A stretch of 39,113 nucleotides of DNA from a virus, in IMG/VR virus record IMGVR_UViG_3300010046_000002, positions 1-39,113 of that record; one strand, given 5' to 3'. The translations under genes were made by a program, and so were the position numbers. Shown here in pieces: positions 15,821 through 23,873 of this stretch. Numbering within the stretch: position 1 is the first letter of the stretch; each line of letters starts with the position of its first letter. Below the pieces are notes generated by a model that worked only from the letters and a program-made list of their open reading frames with translations, had not been told where the DNA came from and ran no database searches.

Positions 15821-18316
15821 ATGCCACGACGCGCCGCGGGCGGGGCTGCCGCCGAAACCCTCTCGCCGGCACGCGGCGAGGCGCCGAAGAATCTTGCGCT
15901 TGACCCGCTGATTATCGAGCGGGTCAAGAACGAGTTGGTGCCGCTCGTCCGTCGCACCCGGCAGGAGCGTAACGGGGTCCTCCGCGAGCGCTGGCTCCGC
16001 TACTACCGCATCTGGAGCGTGCGCCACGACCGCCAAGGCTACGTCGGCCGGTCAAACACCTACTTTCCCGTTGGCCGGCGCTGGATTGAGCAGTGGGTCA
16101 CGCGGCTCAAGCGCGACCTCTTCCCCGACCAGGACTGGTTTGCGTGCCGGGCACTGCGGGAAGATTTTGAGGCCCGCGTGCCCGCCAAGCAGGCATTGGC
16201 GGCCTACTGGATGCGCCGCCACATGCGGCTCCGCAAGCACGCGCTACCGTGGCTCCGCCAGCTCGTCATGTACGGCACGTCGCCGGTGCGGAATGTCTGG
16301 CGCGCGGTGGAGCACGAGCAGACGGTCCTCCGCGATGTCCTTGACGACGACGGCCAGCCATCGGGAAAAACGATTGAGCAAGTGGAAAAGGTGGCGGACT
16401 TCCTCGGCCCGACATTTGAGCCCGTCGACCTTTTTGCGTTCTACGTCTGGCCGCCGACCGCCGCCGGGCTCGAGGACTGCACACTCGTCTTCGAGGACCG
16501 CTGCGTGCCGCGGAGCCGGGTCTATGCCTTGGCCACGAAGCCGCTCGACCCCTCCAACCCGAAAGGCGGCAATGTCTACGAGGGGGTGGACCAGCTGGTC
16601 GCGCTCTACGACCAGGCGATGCAAAACCGCACGGGCGGCCAAGCGGGTCGCAACCCCGAGAAGTTTGACGCGCTCGCCATTCGCTTGGCCGATAAGGGGT
16701 TTACTGCCCCGCTCGACTTCAACGTGCCCGCGGCGCTCCGCCCGCTCGATCTCACCGAATGCATGTGGACGGTCGACTTGGAGGACGACGAGCCGGCGCG
16801 GTACTTGGTCACGCTTGGCGCCGACGAGGTCCCCTTGCGCGTGCAGCGTCGGCCCTTCTGGCACGGCGGCACGCAATGGCTCGTCGGCCGCTTTCAGCAG
16901 ATTCCCGAGGAATTCTACGGCCGTGGCTTGTGCGAGTTGTTTGACTATCTCCAATACTTCGTCAACGACCTCGGCAACCAGTCGGGTGACGCGTTTGTCT
17001 GGTCGACGAACCCGATTGCCGTTGTTGACATTGGTGCCGTTCAGGACCCGACCAGTCTGCGCATGGCGCCGGGGGCCAAGTGGCTTGCCAATCCCGCCGG
17101 CGTGCAGTTCACGACCCCGCCGCAAGGGGCCGCGACGGCCGGCTTTACCGCCGTCCAAGGCTACGTCGGGTTGGCCGACACCTTGGTCGCGCCGACCCCC
17201 GCACGGCCGATGGCGCCCAATCAGCAGACCGGCGCGCAGGATTCCGCGGGCTTGGCGGCGCAGCTCGCCGATAGCGCCGTCGACATCCGGGCCGTGATCG
17301 AGAGCCTCGAGGATGAGGTGATGGTGCCGCTCCTCGAGCGCTCCGACATCCTGACGCAGCAGTGCCTCGACCGGGACATCATCTTAAAGGTGGCGGGCAA
17401 GGACGGGATGGAGCTCGTCGAGCACCCGATCACGGTCGCGGACTTGGTCGGCGAGTACGAGTGGGAATGGCTCGGCACGACCACGGCGCAGAATCAACAA
17501 GTCAGAGCCTCGCAAATGATCCAAGGCGTGGCCCTCATGAGCCAGATTCCCCCCGACCAGCTGGCCGCGCAGGGCGTCACCATCGACTGGCCCTACATCC
17601 TCCGGACCTTCTGGTCGATCGGCTTGGGGCTCCCCGATGCCGACCGCGTCGTTAAGACCGGAAAGGACGTTCAGCCGAATGACTGGCGCTGGGAGAACGC
17701 GCTCGCCCGCGTGAACCGTGCTGACGAGCTCCGCGTGTCCCCGCAAGACGACCACACGGCGCACATCCAGGGCCACCAGCACGCGCTCGAGTCAGGCTCG
17801 CTCAGCGAGGATGCCGTCGTCAGTCTGACCACGCACATCCATCATCATATTGGTTTACTGGTTGCCGCCGAGGCGCAAGCACTCGCGCAATCCATGGCGA
17901 CACTTGCCGGGCCTCCCGGCATGCCCGGCCCGCCGCCGGGAGCACCTCCGCCCGGTATCGGCCCCGGCCTCCCCCCCGGTGGGCCACCGATGCCGCCTCC
18001 CCCGGGGATGCTCCCGCCGGCCGGGCCACCACCTCCCATGGGCCCACCGCCCATGCCGCCGCCGCTCCCGGTCGGCCCGGGAGGGCCACCGCCCCCTCCG
18101 TATATCGCGGGTGTGCCGAACGCGGGAATCAATGAGCTCGCGTCTCGGCTCCGCGGCCCCGACTTCGGCGCCCCGCGGCCGCATAGCGGCTCCCGCGACC
18201 GGGCCAAGGCGTTGATGGGCATTCGACCCCCGGCCCCGCTCGGCCAAGGCCGGATCGGCACGACGAGGAACCTCAGCGATCTCTTCAGGCGGCTACCCCG
18301 TTTCCCGCGAGGATAA
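15821..18316 (+). CDS. Portal protein with a long Pro/Gly-rich C-terminal extension
   Basis: Size and position after terminase. N-terminus ...LDPLIIERVKNELVPLVRRTRQERN...WLRYYRIW. Core ...FWHGGTQWLVGRFQQIPEEFYGRGLCELFDYLQYFVNDLGNQSGDAF... Tail GPPGMPGPPPGAPPPGIGPGLPPGGPPMPPPPGMLPPAGPPPPMGPPPMPPPLPVGPGGPPPPP. Confidence 0.75.
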   Translation: MPRRAAGGAAAETLSPARGEAPKNLALDPLIIERVKNELVPLVRRTRQERNGVLRERWLRYYRIWSVRHDRQGYVGRSNTYFPVGRRWIEQWVTRLKRDLFPDQDWFACRALREDFEARVPAKQALAAYWMRRHMRLRKHALPWLRQLVMYGTSPVRNVWRAVEHEQTVLRDVLDDDGQPSGKTIEQVEKVADFLGPTFEPVDLFAFYVWPPTAAGLEDCTLVFEDRCVPRSRVYALATKPLDPSNPKGGNVYEGVDQLVALYDQAMQNRTGGQAGRNPEKFDALAIRLADKGFTAPLDFNVPAALRPLDLTECMWTVDLEDDEPARYLVTLGADEVPLRVQRRPFWHGGTQWLVGRFQQIPEEFYGRGLCELFDYLQYFVNDLGNQSGDAFVWSTNPIAVVDIGAVQDPTSLRMAPGAKWLANPAGVQFTTPPQGAATAGFTAVQGYVGLADTLVAPTPARPMAPNQQTGAQDSAGLAAQLADSAVDIRAVIESLEDEVMVPLLERSDILTQQCLDRDIILKVAGKDGMELVEHPITVADLVGEYEWEWLGTTTAQNQQVRASQMIQGVALMSQIPPDQLAAQGVTIDWPYILRTFWSIGLGLPDADRVVKTGKDVQPNDWRWENALARVNRADELRVSPQDDHTAHIQGHQHALESGSLSEDAVVSLTTHIHHHIGLLVAAEAQALAQSMATLAGPPGMPGPPPGAPPPGIGPGLPPGGPPMPPPPGMLPPAGPPPPMGPPPMPPPLPVGPGGPPPPPYIAGVPNAGINELASRLRGPDFGAPRPHSGSRDRAKALMGIRPPAPLGQGRIGTTRNLSDLFRRLPRFPRG

Positions 18317-18370
18317 GTATCGGAAATGATGGGCGCCTCGATTTTACCGACAGCCGGAAAGGGATGTGAG

Positions 18371-18574
18371 ATGGCGGGAAAAGAAAAGTGGATAGCTGGC
18401 GCGATATCCCGGCCCGGGGCTTTCAAAAAGAAGGCGCAGGCGGCGGGTAAGTCGACGGGCGCGTTTGCGCGCTCGGTCTTGAAGGAAGGGTCGAAAGCCT
18501 CGACGCGCACGAAGAAGCAGGCGGCATTGGCACAAACCCTCTCGAAACTGCGCTCGGGAAAAGCTCGCTTTTGA
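18371..18574 (+). CDS. Small basic protein (67 aa)
   Basis: MAGKEKWIAGAISRPGAFKKKAQAAGKSTGAFARSVLKEGSKASTRTKKQAALAQTLSKLRSGKARF; internal ATG of track ORF 18326..18574. Confidence 0.5.
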   Translation: MAGKEKWIAGAISRPGAFKKKAQAAGKSTGAFARSVLKEGSKASTRTKKQAALAQTLSKLRSGKARF

Positions 18575-18580
18575 TGCGCG

Positions 18581-19138
18581 ATGATTGTCAAACGCGGCAA
18601 GCGCTACGTCTTGAAGAGCAAGGAGTCGGGTCGCACACTCGGCGTGCATCCGAGCCGGGGGGCCGCCGAGCGGCAGGAGACGGCAATCAACATGTCGAAA
18701 GCACGGGCCGCGGGGCACAAGCTCCCGCCGCCGCCGGATGAGAGGGGCGAAACCATGCGGAAGATTCGCAGCGGCAAGGCCAAGTTCTTGGTGCCGCTCG
18801 TGCTCCTTGCCGCCACCGCGGCCCACGCGGCGACCAAGACGTGCCCGAGCGGCACGCTCGCGCCCGCGCCGATCACGGCGACGGGCCCGACGACTGACAT
18901 CATCATCGCACGCGCGGCGCCCGCGCTGGTCATGCAAGCCTCGGGCACGGGCACCGCCACGGTGGTGATGGAAATGTCGTGCGACGGCACCAATTGGGCG
19001 CAGGTGACTAACTCGAGCATGAGCGTGCCGCCGAGCCAGGTCGTGTCCGTCTTGCAGCCGACGTGCAGCTATCGGGCCAATGTGACGGCGTGCACGACGT
19101 GCTCGATTACGGTGGTCTATGCGTGCTCCGGTGCGTAG
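18581..19138 (+). CDS. Bipartite protein: basic N-terminal module, an internal signal-peptide/TM segment, and a Cys-containing extracytoplasmic domain
   Basis: MIVKRGKRYVLKSKESGRTLGVHPSRGAAERQETAINMSKARAAGH... followed in frame by MRKIRSGKAKFLVPLVLLAATAAHA/ATKTCPSG... (possible internal start at ATG 18755, preceded by GAGAGGGG). Confidence 0.5.
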   Translation: MIVKRGKRYVLKSKESGRTLGVHPSRGAAERQETAINMSKARAAGHKLPPPPDERGETMRKIRSGKAKFLVPLVLLAATAAHAATKTCPSGTLAPAPITATGPTTDIIIARAAPALVMQASGTGTATVVMEMSCDGTNWAQVTNSSMSVPPSQVVSVLQPTCSYRANVTACTTCSITVVYACSGA

Positions 19139-19490
19139 CCTCGTCGTGGTCGCGCTCCTCCTCGTCGCGCGCGTGGCATGCGGGCAGGCGGGGAGTGGCT
19201 GCGGGCCGACAAGTCATGGATGCGGTCCGGGGGGCCGCGGCTCGTGCGGGGTCGGAAAACACGGGTGCGGCCCGGGCGGTGCGGCCACCCCGGTCAAGCG
19301 CTCGGGAGGGGGATACCATGCCCTTGCTGCAGCTGATTGTGATCCTCATCGTCATCGGCCTGATTCTCTACTTGGTGGAGACGCTCTTGCCGCTCGACCC
19401 CGCGATCAAGCAGGTGATCCGGGTCGTGATCGTGATTGCCGTGATTCTCTGGTTGCTCTCCCTTGTCGGCTTGATCCCGAATCGCATTAG
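19119..19490 (+). CDS. Possible small secreted Gly/Cys-rich protein; 3' end uncertain
   Basis: MRAPVRSLVVVALLLVARVAC/GQAGSGCGPTSHGCGPGGRGSCGVGKHGCGPGG... GC3 is high only up to ~19317. After that the frame overlaps the better-supported membrane ORF and looks non-coding. Confidence 0.25.
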   Translation: MRAPVRSLVVVALLLVARVACGQAGSGCGPTSHGCGPGGRGSCGVGKHGCGPGGAATPVKRSGGGYHALAAADCDPHRHRPDSLLGGDALAARPRDQAGDPGRDRDCRDSLVALPCRLDPESH

Positions 19491-19521
19491 CTTTCTCGGG
19501 CCGCGGCGATTCCTCACCTGA
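19318..19521 (+). CDS. Small two-TM membrane protein (67 aa)
   Basis: GGGAGGGGGA lies 6 nt upstream of the ATG; MPLLQLIVILIVIGLILYLVETLLPLDPAIKQVIRVVIVIAVILWLLSLVGLIPNR... Confidence 0.6.
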   Translation: MPLLQLIVILIVIGLILYLVETLLPLDPAIKQVIRVVIVIAVILWLLSLVGLIPNRISFLGPRRFLT

Positions 19522-19531
19522 GCGCTGGGGC

Positions 19532-19574
19532 TTGACAACCCCGGGGGGTTAACCGCTACACGGCCCGCCCCGAC
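19532..19574 (+). promoter_or_regulatory. Conserved promoter-like element, copy 4 of 4
   Basis: TTGACAaccccggggggttaaccgcTACACGGCCCGCCCCGAC, immediately followed by ATG 19575. Confidence 0.5.
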
Positions 19575-19952
19575 ATGGCACGCAAACGCGGCGCCGTCGG
19601 GAACGGCAAGGCAAAAGCCCTCGTGCCGCCGATGAAGGGCGCCAAGACGCCGCCCCCGGGACCGCCGCCGCGTCCCGTGCGTGGCCGCGTCGCGATTGCA
19701 CTTCCCGTGCTCCGCGTCGCACCCACCCGGGGCCGCGGCACCGCACCCCCGCCGGGGCCGGGGCGTCTCCCACCTCCGCCCACGGCCGGCCCACCAGCGC
19801 CGCCACGCGCGGTCGGGCCACCTCCACCGGCGCGGCGGGTGCCCGTTCCCCCTCCGCCACCCCCGCCACCCTCCAGCACGTCGCCCGTCATGCGGCAGCG
19901 CGGCGCCCGCCAAACGATGGCGGCCATGCGCCGCGGGCAGGTCGCCTTCTAA
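19575..19952 (+). CDS. Basic, extremely proline-rich protein (125 aa)
   Basis: Sits right after element copy 4. TAATG coupling to the next gene. Contains PPPGPPPRP, PPPGPGRLPPPPTAGPPAPP, VPVPPPPPPPPSS. Confidence 0.5.
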   Translation: MARKRGAVGNGKAKALVPPMKGAKTPPPGPPPRPVRGRVAIALPVLRVAPTRGRGTAPPPGPGRLPPPPTAGPPAPPRAVGPPPPARRVPVPPPPPPPPSSTSPVMRQRGARQTMAAMRRGQVAF

Positions 19953-20293
19953 TGTTCGGCCCACCCGCCGGGGTCGACCCCGACGAGCTCGCGAGCCTCA
20001 TCCGCGACCTCGAGGCGAGCGGCTATCACGCCGCACTGCGCACCTACGTTGAGGCTCGCATCGCGCAGCTCTTGGTCGACGACGTGACGACAGCGGACGT
20101 CGCCATGAAGCGTCGGGGGCAGGTCGAGGAGCTGCAGCGGTTGATTATGCCGCTCTTTGTCAAGTCACTGGCGCTCTCGGCGCTTGCCAAGCGCGCCGAG
20201 GCGCGCGCCGGGCTCGAGGACATCCGCCGCGCCCGTGAGATGCCGACCCGGGAATGGTGGACCGATCCCGTCGGTGAGGAGCCCGTGCCCTGA
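19952..20293 (+). CDS. Hypothetical protein (113 aa)
   Basis: Balanced helical composition; start and stop both overlap neighbouring genes (TAATG, TGATG). Confidence 0.55.
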   Translation: MFGPPAGVDPDELASLIRDLEASGYHAALRTYVEARIAQLLVDDVTTADVAMKRRGQVEELQRLIMPLFVKSLALSALAKRAEARAGLEDIRRAREMPTREWWTDPVGEEPVP

Positions 20294-21042
20294 TGGCCGA
20301 CGAAGAGCGAACCGCCCCTGCCCCCGAGAGCCCCGCCCCCGACGCGCCGGCCCCCGAGGCCGGCGCCCCGCCGGCGGAGGATTGGGGCGCACGCTTCTCG
20401 CGGCTCGAGGGGCAGCTCGCCGAGGAGCGCGCCCAGCGGGCCGCCTTGGAGGGCACGCTCCGCCTCTTGGCCCCGCAGCAGCCGCCGCGGCAGCAAGGCG
20501 CCATGCCGCTGGTGCGCCTCCCGCGGGAGGATGCGCTCCGCATCGCGGCGACCCTCGGCGGCCAGTGGACGGAAGAGGCGGTGCAGTCCCATGCGCCGAT
20601 CTTCGCGGCGTTCATGGAAACGCTCGCGGCACCGCTCTTGGCCGGCCTCGAGGGGATGGCCGATACGGTCGACTTGATCCAGGTCCGGCAAGACGTGCCG
20701 CAGTACGAAACGCAGGCCGAGGAAGCCGACCGCGTTCGCATGGAATACCGGCAACGCGGCCAGGTGATTACCCGCAAACAGGCGATCACGCTCGTGAAGG
20801 CGAGGAGAATGGACGACCCGAAATACGTCGACACGCTGGTTGAGGAACGCGCCAAGCAGCGCGGCGTCGAGCAGGCGCAGCGGGCCAGTGCTGCCGCCGG
20901 CGCGGTCACCGAGGGCGGGGCCACGGCGCAGAAAGCGGGCCCGGAACCGACCAAGGGGCCGCGCACGCCGCCGACGCCGGAGCAATTCCGGCAGATGTCG
21001 CTCGAGGAAAAACGCAAGGCGCTCGAGGGCGCCGCGCTCTAA
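20293..21042 (+). CDS. Scaffolding protein (by position and composition)
   Basis: Lies immediately upstream of the capsid gene. Acidic/Pro N-terminus; coiled-coil-like FSRLEGQLAEERAQRAALEGTLRLL; charged helical C-terminus. Confidence 0.55.
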   Translation: MADEERTAPAPESPAPDAPAPEAGAPPAEDWGARFSRLEGQLAEERAQRAALEGTLRLLAPQQPPRQQGAMPLVRLPREDALRIAATLGGQWTEEAVQSHAPIFAAFMETLAAPLLAGLEGMADTVDLIQVRQDVPQYETQAEEADRVRMEYRQRGQVITRKQAITLVKARRMDDPKYVDTLVEERAKQRGVEQAQRASAAAGAVTEGGATAQKAGPEPTKGPRTPPTPEQFRQMSLEEKRKALEGAAL

Positions 21043-21054
21043 CAGGAGGACGCC

Positions 21055-22380
21055 ATGCCCGGCAGTACCTATAACTACAGTGATCCGGGGCTCTCGACCT
21101 CGACGACACTCGTCAACGACCTTGCGCCACTCTGGCTGCAGGACGAGCTCCTAGCCATCGCGCAAAAGTTGACGGTGTTTCAGGACATTGGCGACACGCC
21201 GAATATGCCTGACGGCGAGGGTAAGACGTATTCGGCGCAGCGCTACGAGCGGCTGCCGCTCCCGGGTGCGCCGCTCACTGAGGGGATCACGCCGGATAGC
21301 ACCGCGTTGGTGGTCAACAAGGTGACGGCGATCCTCGAGCAATGGGGCATGGTCGTCTCCTTGACCGACGTCGCGCTGATGACGACCAAGCACCCGGCGC
21401 TGACGGCGGCAACTGACCGGCTCGGTAACGCGTCGGCGGAGCTCCAAGACCGCGAGATCCAAAAGGTGTTGATGGGCTCGGGGGTCGTGGTCTTCCCAGG
21501 CGGCAAGACGTCGCGGACGACGCTCGCCGCCGGTGACGTGCCGACCACGGATTTCGTCTCGGGCATCGTCGCGACGCTCCGCCAACTCGGCGCGCCGTCC
21601 TTCCCAGGCGCGATGTACGCGGGGGTACTGGACCCCTACACCGAGCAAGATCTCGCCAAAGACTCGACCTTCGTCTCGTCGCACCAGTACGCCGAGACCA
21701 CGGCGCTGATGAATGCGGAGGTTGGCCGCTGGCGCGGCGTGCGCTGGAAGCGCTCGAACCTGCTCCCGATCATTTCGTTGCTCGCGACCGGCGCCGGCGG
21801 CGTGAGCGCTGCGGCCATCACGTCGCTGCCGACGGGGGATACGGGATTCACGGCCGGCTCGACGGTCAAGGCCACGGCGGCACTCGCCGATACGATAACC
21901 GGGCTCGATAGCAAGCAGATTGCAACCGCTACCGTGACCAACGCCTCGGCCTATGATGTACAGTTCACGATTTCCGCGACCGCGCCTGAGGGCCGCTATA
22001 ACCTCTACGTGTCGGCCGAGGGTGGCACCATTCCGTTCTATCAGGGCATCGTGTCAAAGCCCGTCGGGGCGCAGCTCTTGGTGAACGTCGCCAAGGTGAG
22101 CGGTGGTGTCTCCATTGGCTTCTCGTCAACCGGCGCGCCCGCCGGCGCCGATCCGCCCTCGTCCGCGTTCAACGTGCATGTCGGCTACATCTTCGGGAAA
22201 AGCGCCTTTGCGGTCCCGGCACTCGGCGCCCGCACCGTCACGACCTTGACACCCGCCACCGCGAGCGATTCCGACCCCTTGAAGCAGCGCCGCAAGGCCG
22301 GATTCAAGTTTATGACCAAGACGTGCATTCTGAATACGGACTTCTTCCGGCGTTTCGAGTGCTCGAGCGCCTTCGGGTGA
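21055..22380 (+). CDS. Major capsid protein (HK97 fold, N4-gp56-like) with an inserted domain
   Basis: AGGAGGA SD. ...GEGKTYSAQRYERLPLPGAPLTEGITPDSTALVVNKVTAILEQWGMVVSLTDVALMT...GNASAELQDREIQKVLM... ~120-aa insertion SLLATGAGGVS...VSGGVSIGF. Confidence 0.85.
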   Translation: MPGSTYNYSDPGLSTSTTLVNDLAPLWLQDELLAIAQKLTVFQDIGDTPNMPDGEGKTYSAQRYERLPLPGAPLTEGITPDSTALVVNKVTAILEQWGMVVSLTDVALMTTKHPALTAATDRLGNASAELQDREIQKVLMGSGVVVFPGGKTSRTTLAAGDVPTTDFVSGIVATLRQLGAPSFPGAMYAGVLDPYTEQDLAKDSTFVSSHQYAETTALMNAEVGRWRGVRWKRSNLLPIISLLATGAGGVSAAAITSLPTGDTGFTAGSTVKATAALADTITGLDSKQIATATVTNASAYDVQFTISATAPEGRYNLYVSAEGGTIPFYQGIVSKPVGAQLLVNVAKVSGGVSIGFSSTGAPAGADPPSSAFNVHVGYIFGKSAFAVPALGARTVTTLTPATASDSDPLKQRRKAGFKFMTKTCILNTDFFRRFECSSAFG

Positions 22381-22385
22381 TTCTG

Positions 22386-22883
22386 ATGGCGCGCCCGCCC
22401 CTCAATCGCAGCGCAGCCCCGGAGCCGGCCGAGGAGCTCCCCGAGCCTGCGGGAGCCCTCGAGCCCGAGGAGGTCGCTGCCGCCGCGCTCGAGGACCGCG
22501 CCCATTTGACCCCGGAGGTCGTGCGGGCGCTCAACGACACATGGCGCGACGTCGTGCAGTACGACGACGAGGGGAGCAAGCAGCTCGCACGGCGCATCGT
22601 TGGCCGACTCCGCCGGGCCACGCATCTTGAGCTCCATCCCGGGTGCGAGCGGGTCACCATCGAGGTACCCATGCTCGCCAACAAGACCTATGCGCGCATC
22701 AACGAGCGTGTCTACTTCGGGCGGGTCGAGGTCTGGGACTGCGAGGCGCGCACCTTGGCGAGCCTCGTCTACGAGGCCCGCAAGGTCGAGGCGCAGCGCA
22801 TGGACGACAAGCAGACCGAGCATCCCACCATGGATCTCGACTCGCCGTTTGCCGAGCGGGCCCGGGCGATTCAACGGGCATGA
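22386..22883 (+). CDS. Hypothetical head-associated protein (165 aa)
   Basis: Follows the capsid gene; internal ATG of track ORF 22323..22883. Confidence 0.5.
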   Translation: MARPPLNRSAAPEPAEELPEPAGALEPEEVAAAALEDRAHLTPEVVRALNDTWRDVVQYDDEGSKQLARRIVGRLRRATHLELHPGCERVTIEVPMLANKTYARINERVYFGRVEVWDCEARTLASLVYEARKVEAQRMDDKQTEHPTMDLDSPFAERARAIQRA

Positions 22884-23227
22884 TGGCGAAGGGCCCCGCC
22901 ACCCGCGGCACGCCGCCGTTCTCCGGGCAGCTCGTCAAGGCGACGGGCGAGAACGAGCACGTGACTATCGCCTTCACGGCCCGCACGCCCGAGGAACTTG
23001 AGGCCGCCCTCGCCGCGGCGGGCGCTGCGGCCGGCAAACGCTTGCAGGCCAATAACGCCGCCGTCTTGAGCGTCGGCGAGCACTTCGAGCAACGTCAACG
23101 CCAAGTGTACCACCACGCGGTTGGGCAGCTGCGCCACGAGCTCGGACTGCCCGACCCGCCCGCGGAGGAGGACGCGACTCGTGCCGACAATCCCGCCGGG
23201 GCGGTACACGCGGCAGAAAATCCGTGA
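22880..23227 (+). CDS. Hypothetical protein (115 aa)
   Basis: ATGA overlap with the preceding gene; MMAKGPATRGTPPFSGQLVKATGENEHVTIAFTARTPEELEAAL... Confidence 0.45.
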   Translation: MMAKGPATRGTPPFSGQLVKATGENEHVTIAFTARTPEELEAALAAAGAAAGKRLQANNAAVLSVGEHFEQRQRQVYHHAVGQLRHELGLPDPPAEEDATRADNPAGAVHAAENP

Positions 23228-23873
23228 CCTCGCGTTAAACCGCGCGGGGAACCGCGCCCTCGACGCCGACGCCGCCGACTTTCTCGCGCAGCACCTCTTC
23301 GAGCTCTACACGCTCGCCGACTGGCCGTTTCTCTACGTGTCGGCCCCGCTCACGCTCGCGGGCCCGACGGTCACCTTGCCCGCCGACTTCGTCACCGCGG
23401 CCGACGACCACGCGTTCCAGATCATCGCGATTGACGGCAGCCCGCAAGCGAACCTGTTTGCACTCGAGCTGTCGCCTGAGGAGCTCGCCAAGATCGCCCC
23501 GCCAGCGGGCTCGAGCGCCGGGGGCGTACCGCTCTACTGGGCGGTGTCGCGGAGCGATACGACGGCGACCGTGGCCCCCGACCCGACGGGCCGGCGGATT
23601 GACGTTGTACTGCGCTATAAGCGGCTACCGCCCGAGCCGCTCCCGGCCGACGAGCCCGCCGATATTCCGGTGTTCCCGTATCACAATTACCTCGTGCAGG
23701 CGGTCTATGTGTTCGCGCTCGAGCACGAGCGCGATGCCCGGGCGCAAAGTGAGGCCGCCAGTCGCGACAATCTCTTGGCACTCATCCGTCGCGGCGCGGC
23801 ACCGCTGCGCTCGCAACGCGCGGATATCCCACTCGACCCGGCCGTGTTTCGCCGGCCGTACCGAGGCGACTAG
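23181..23873 (+). CDS. Virion protein, adaptor/tail-tubular-A-like by position
   Basis: ...YTRQKIRDLALNRAGNRALDADAADFLAQHLFELYTLADWPFLY...; lies directly upstream of the nozzle-like gene. The start (GTG 23181 vs 23121) is uncertain. Confidence 0.4.
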   Translation: MPTIPPGRYTRQKIRDLALNRAGNRALDADAADFLAQHLFELYTLADWPFLYVSAPLTLAGPTVTLPADFVTAADDHAFQIIAIDGSPQANLFALELSPEELAKIAPPAGSSAGGVPLYWAVSRSDTTATVAPDPTGRRIDVVLRYKRLPPEPLPADEPADIPVFPYHNYLVQAVYVFALEHERDARAQSEAASRDNLLALIRRGAAPLRSQRADIPLDPAVFRRPYRGD

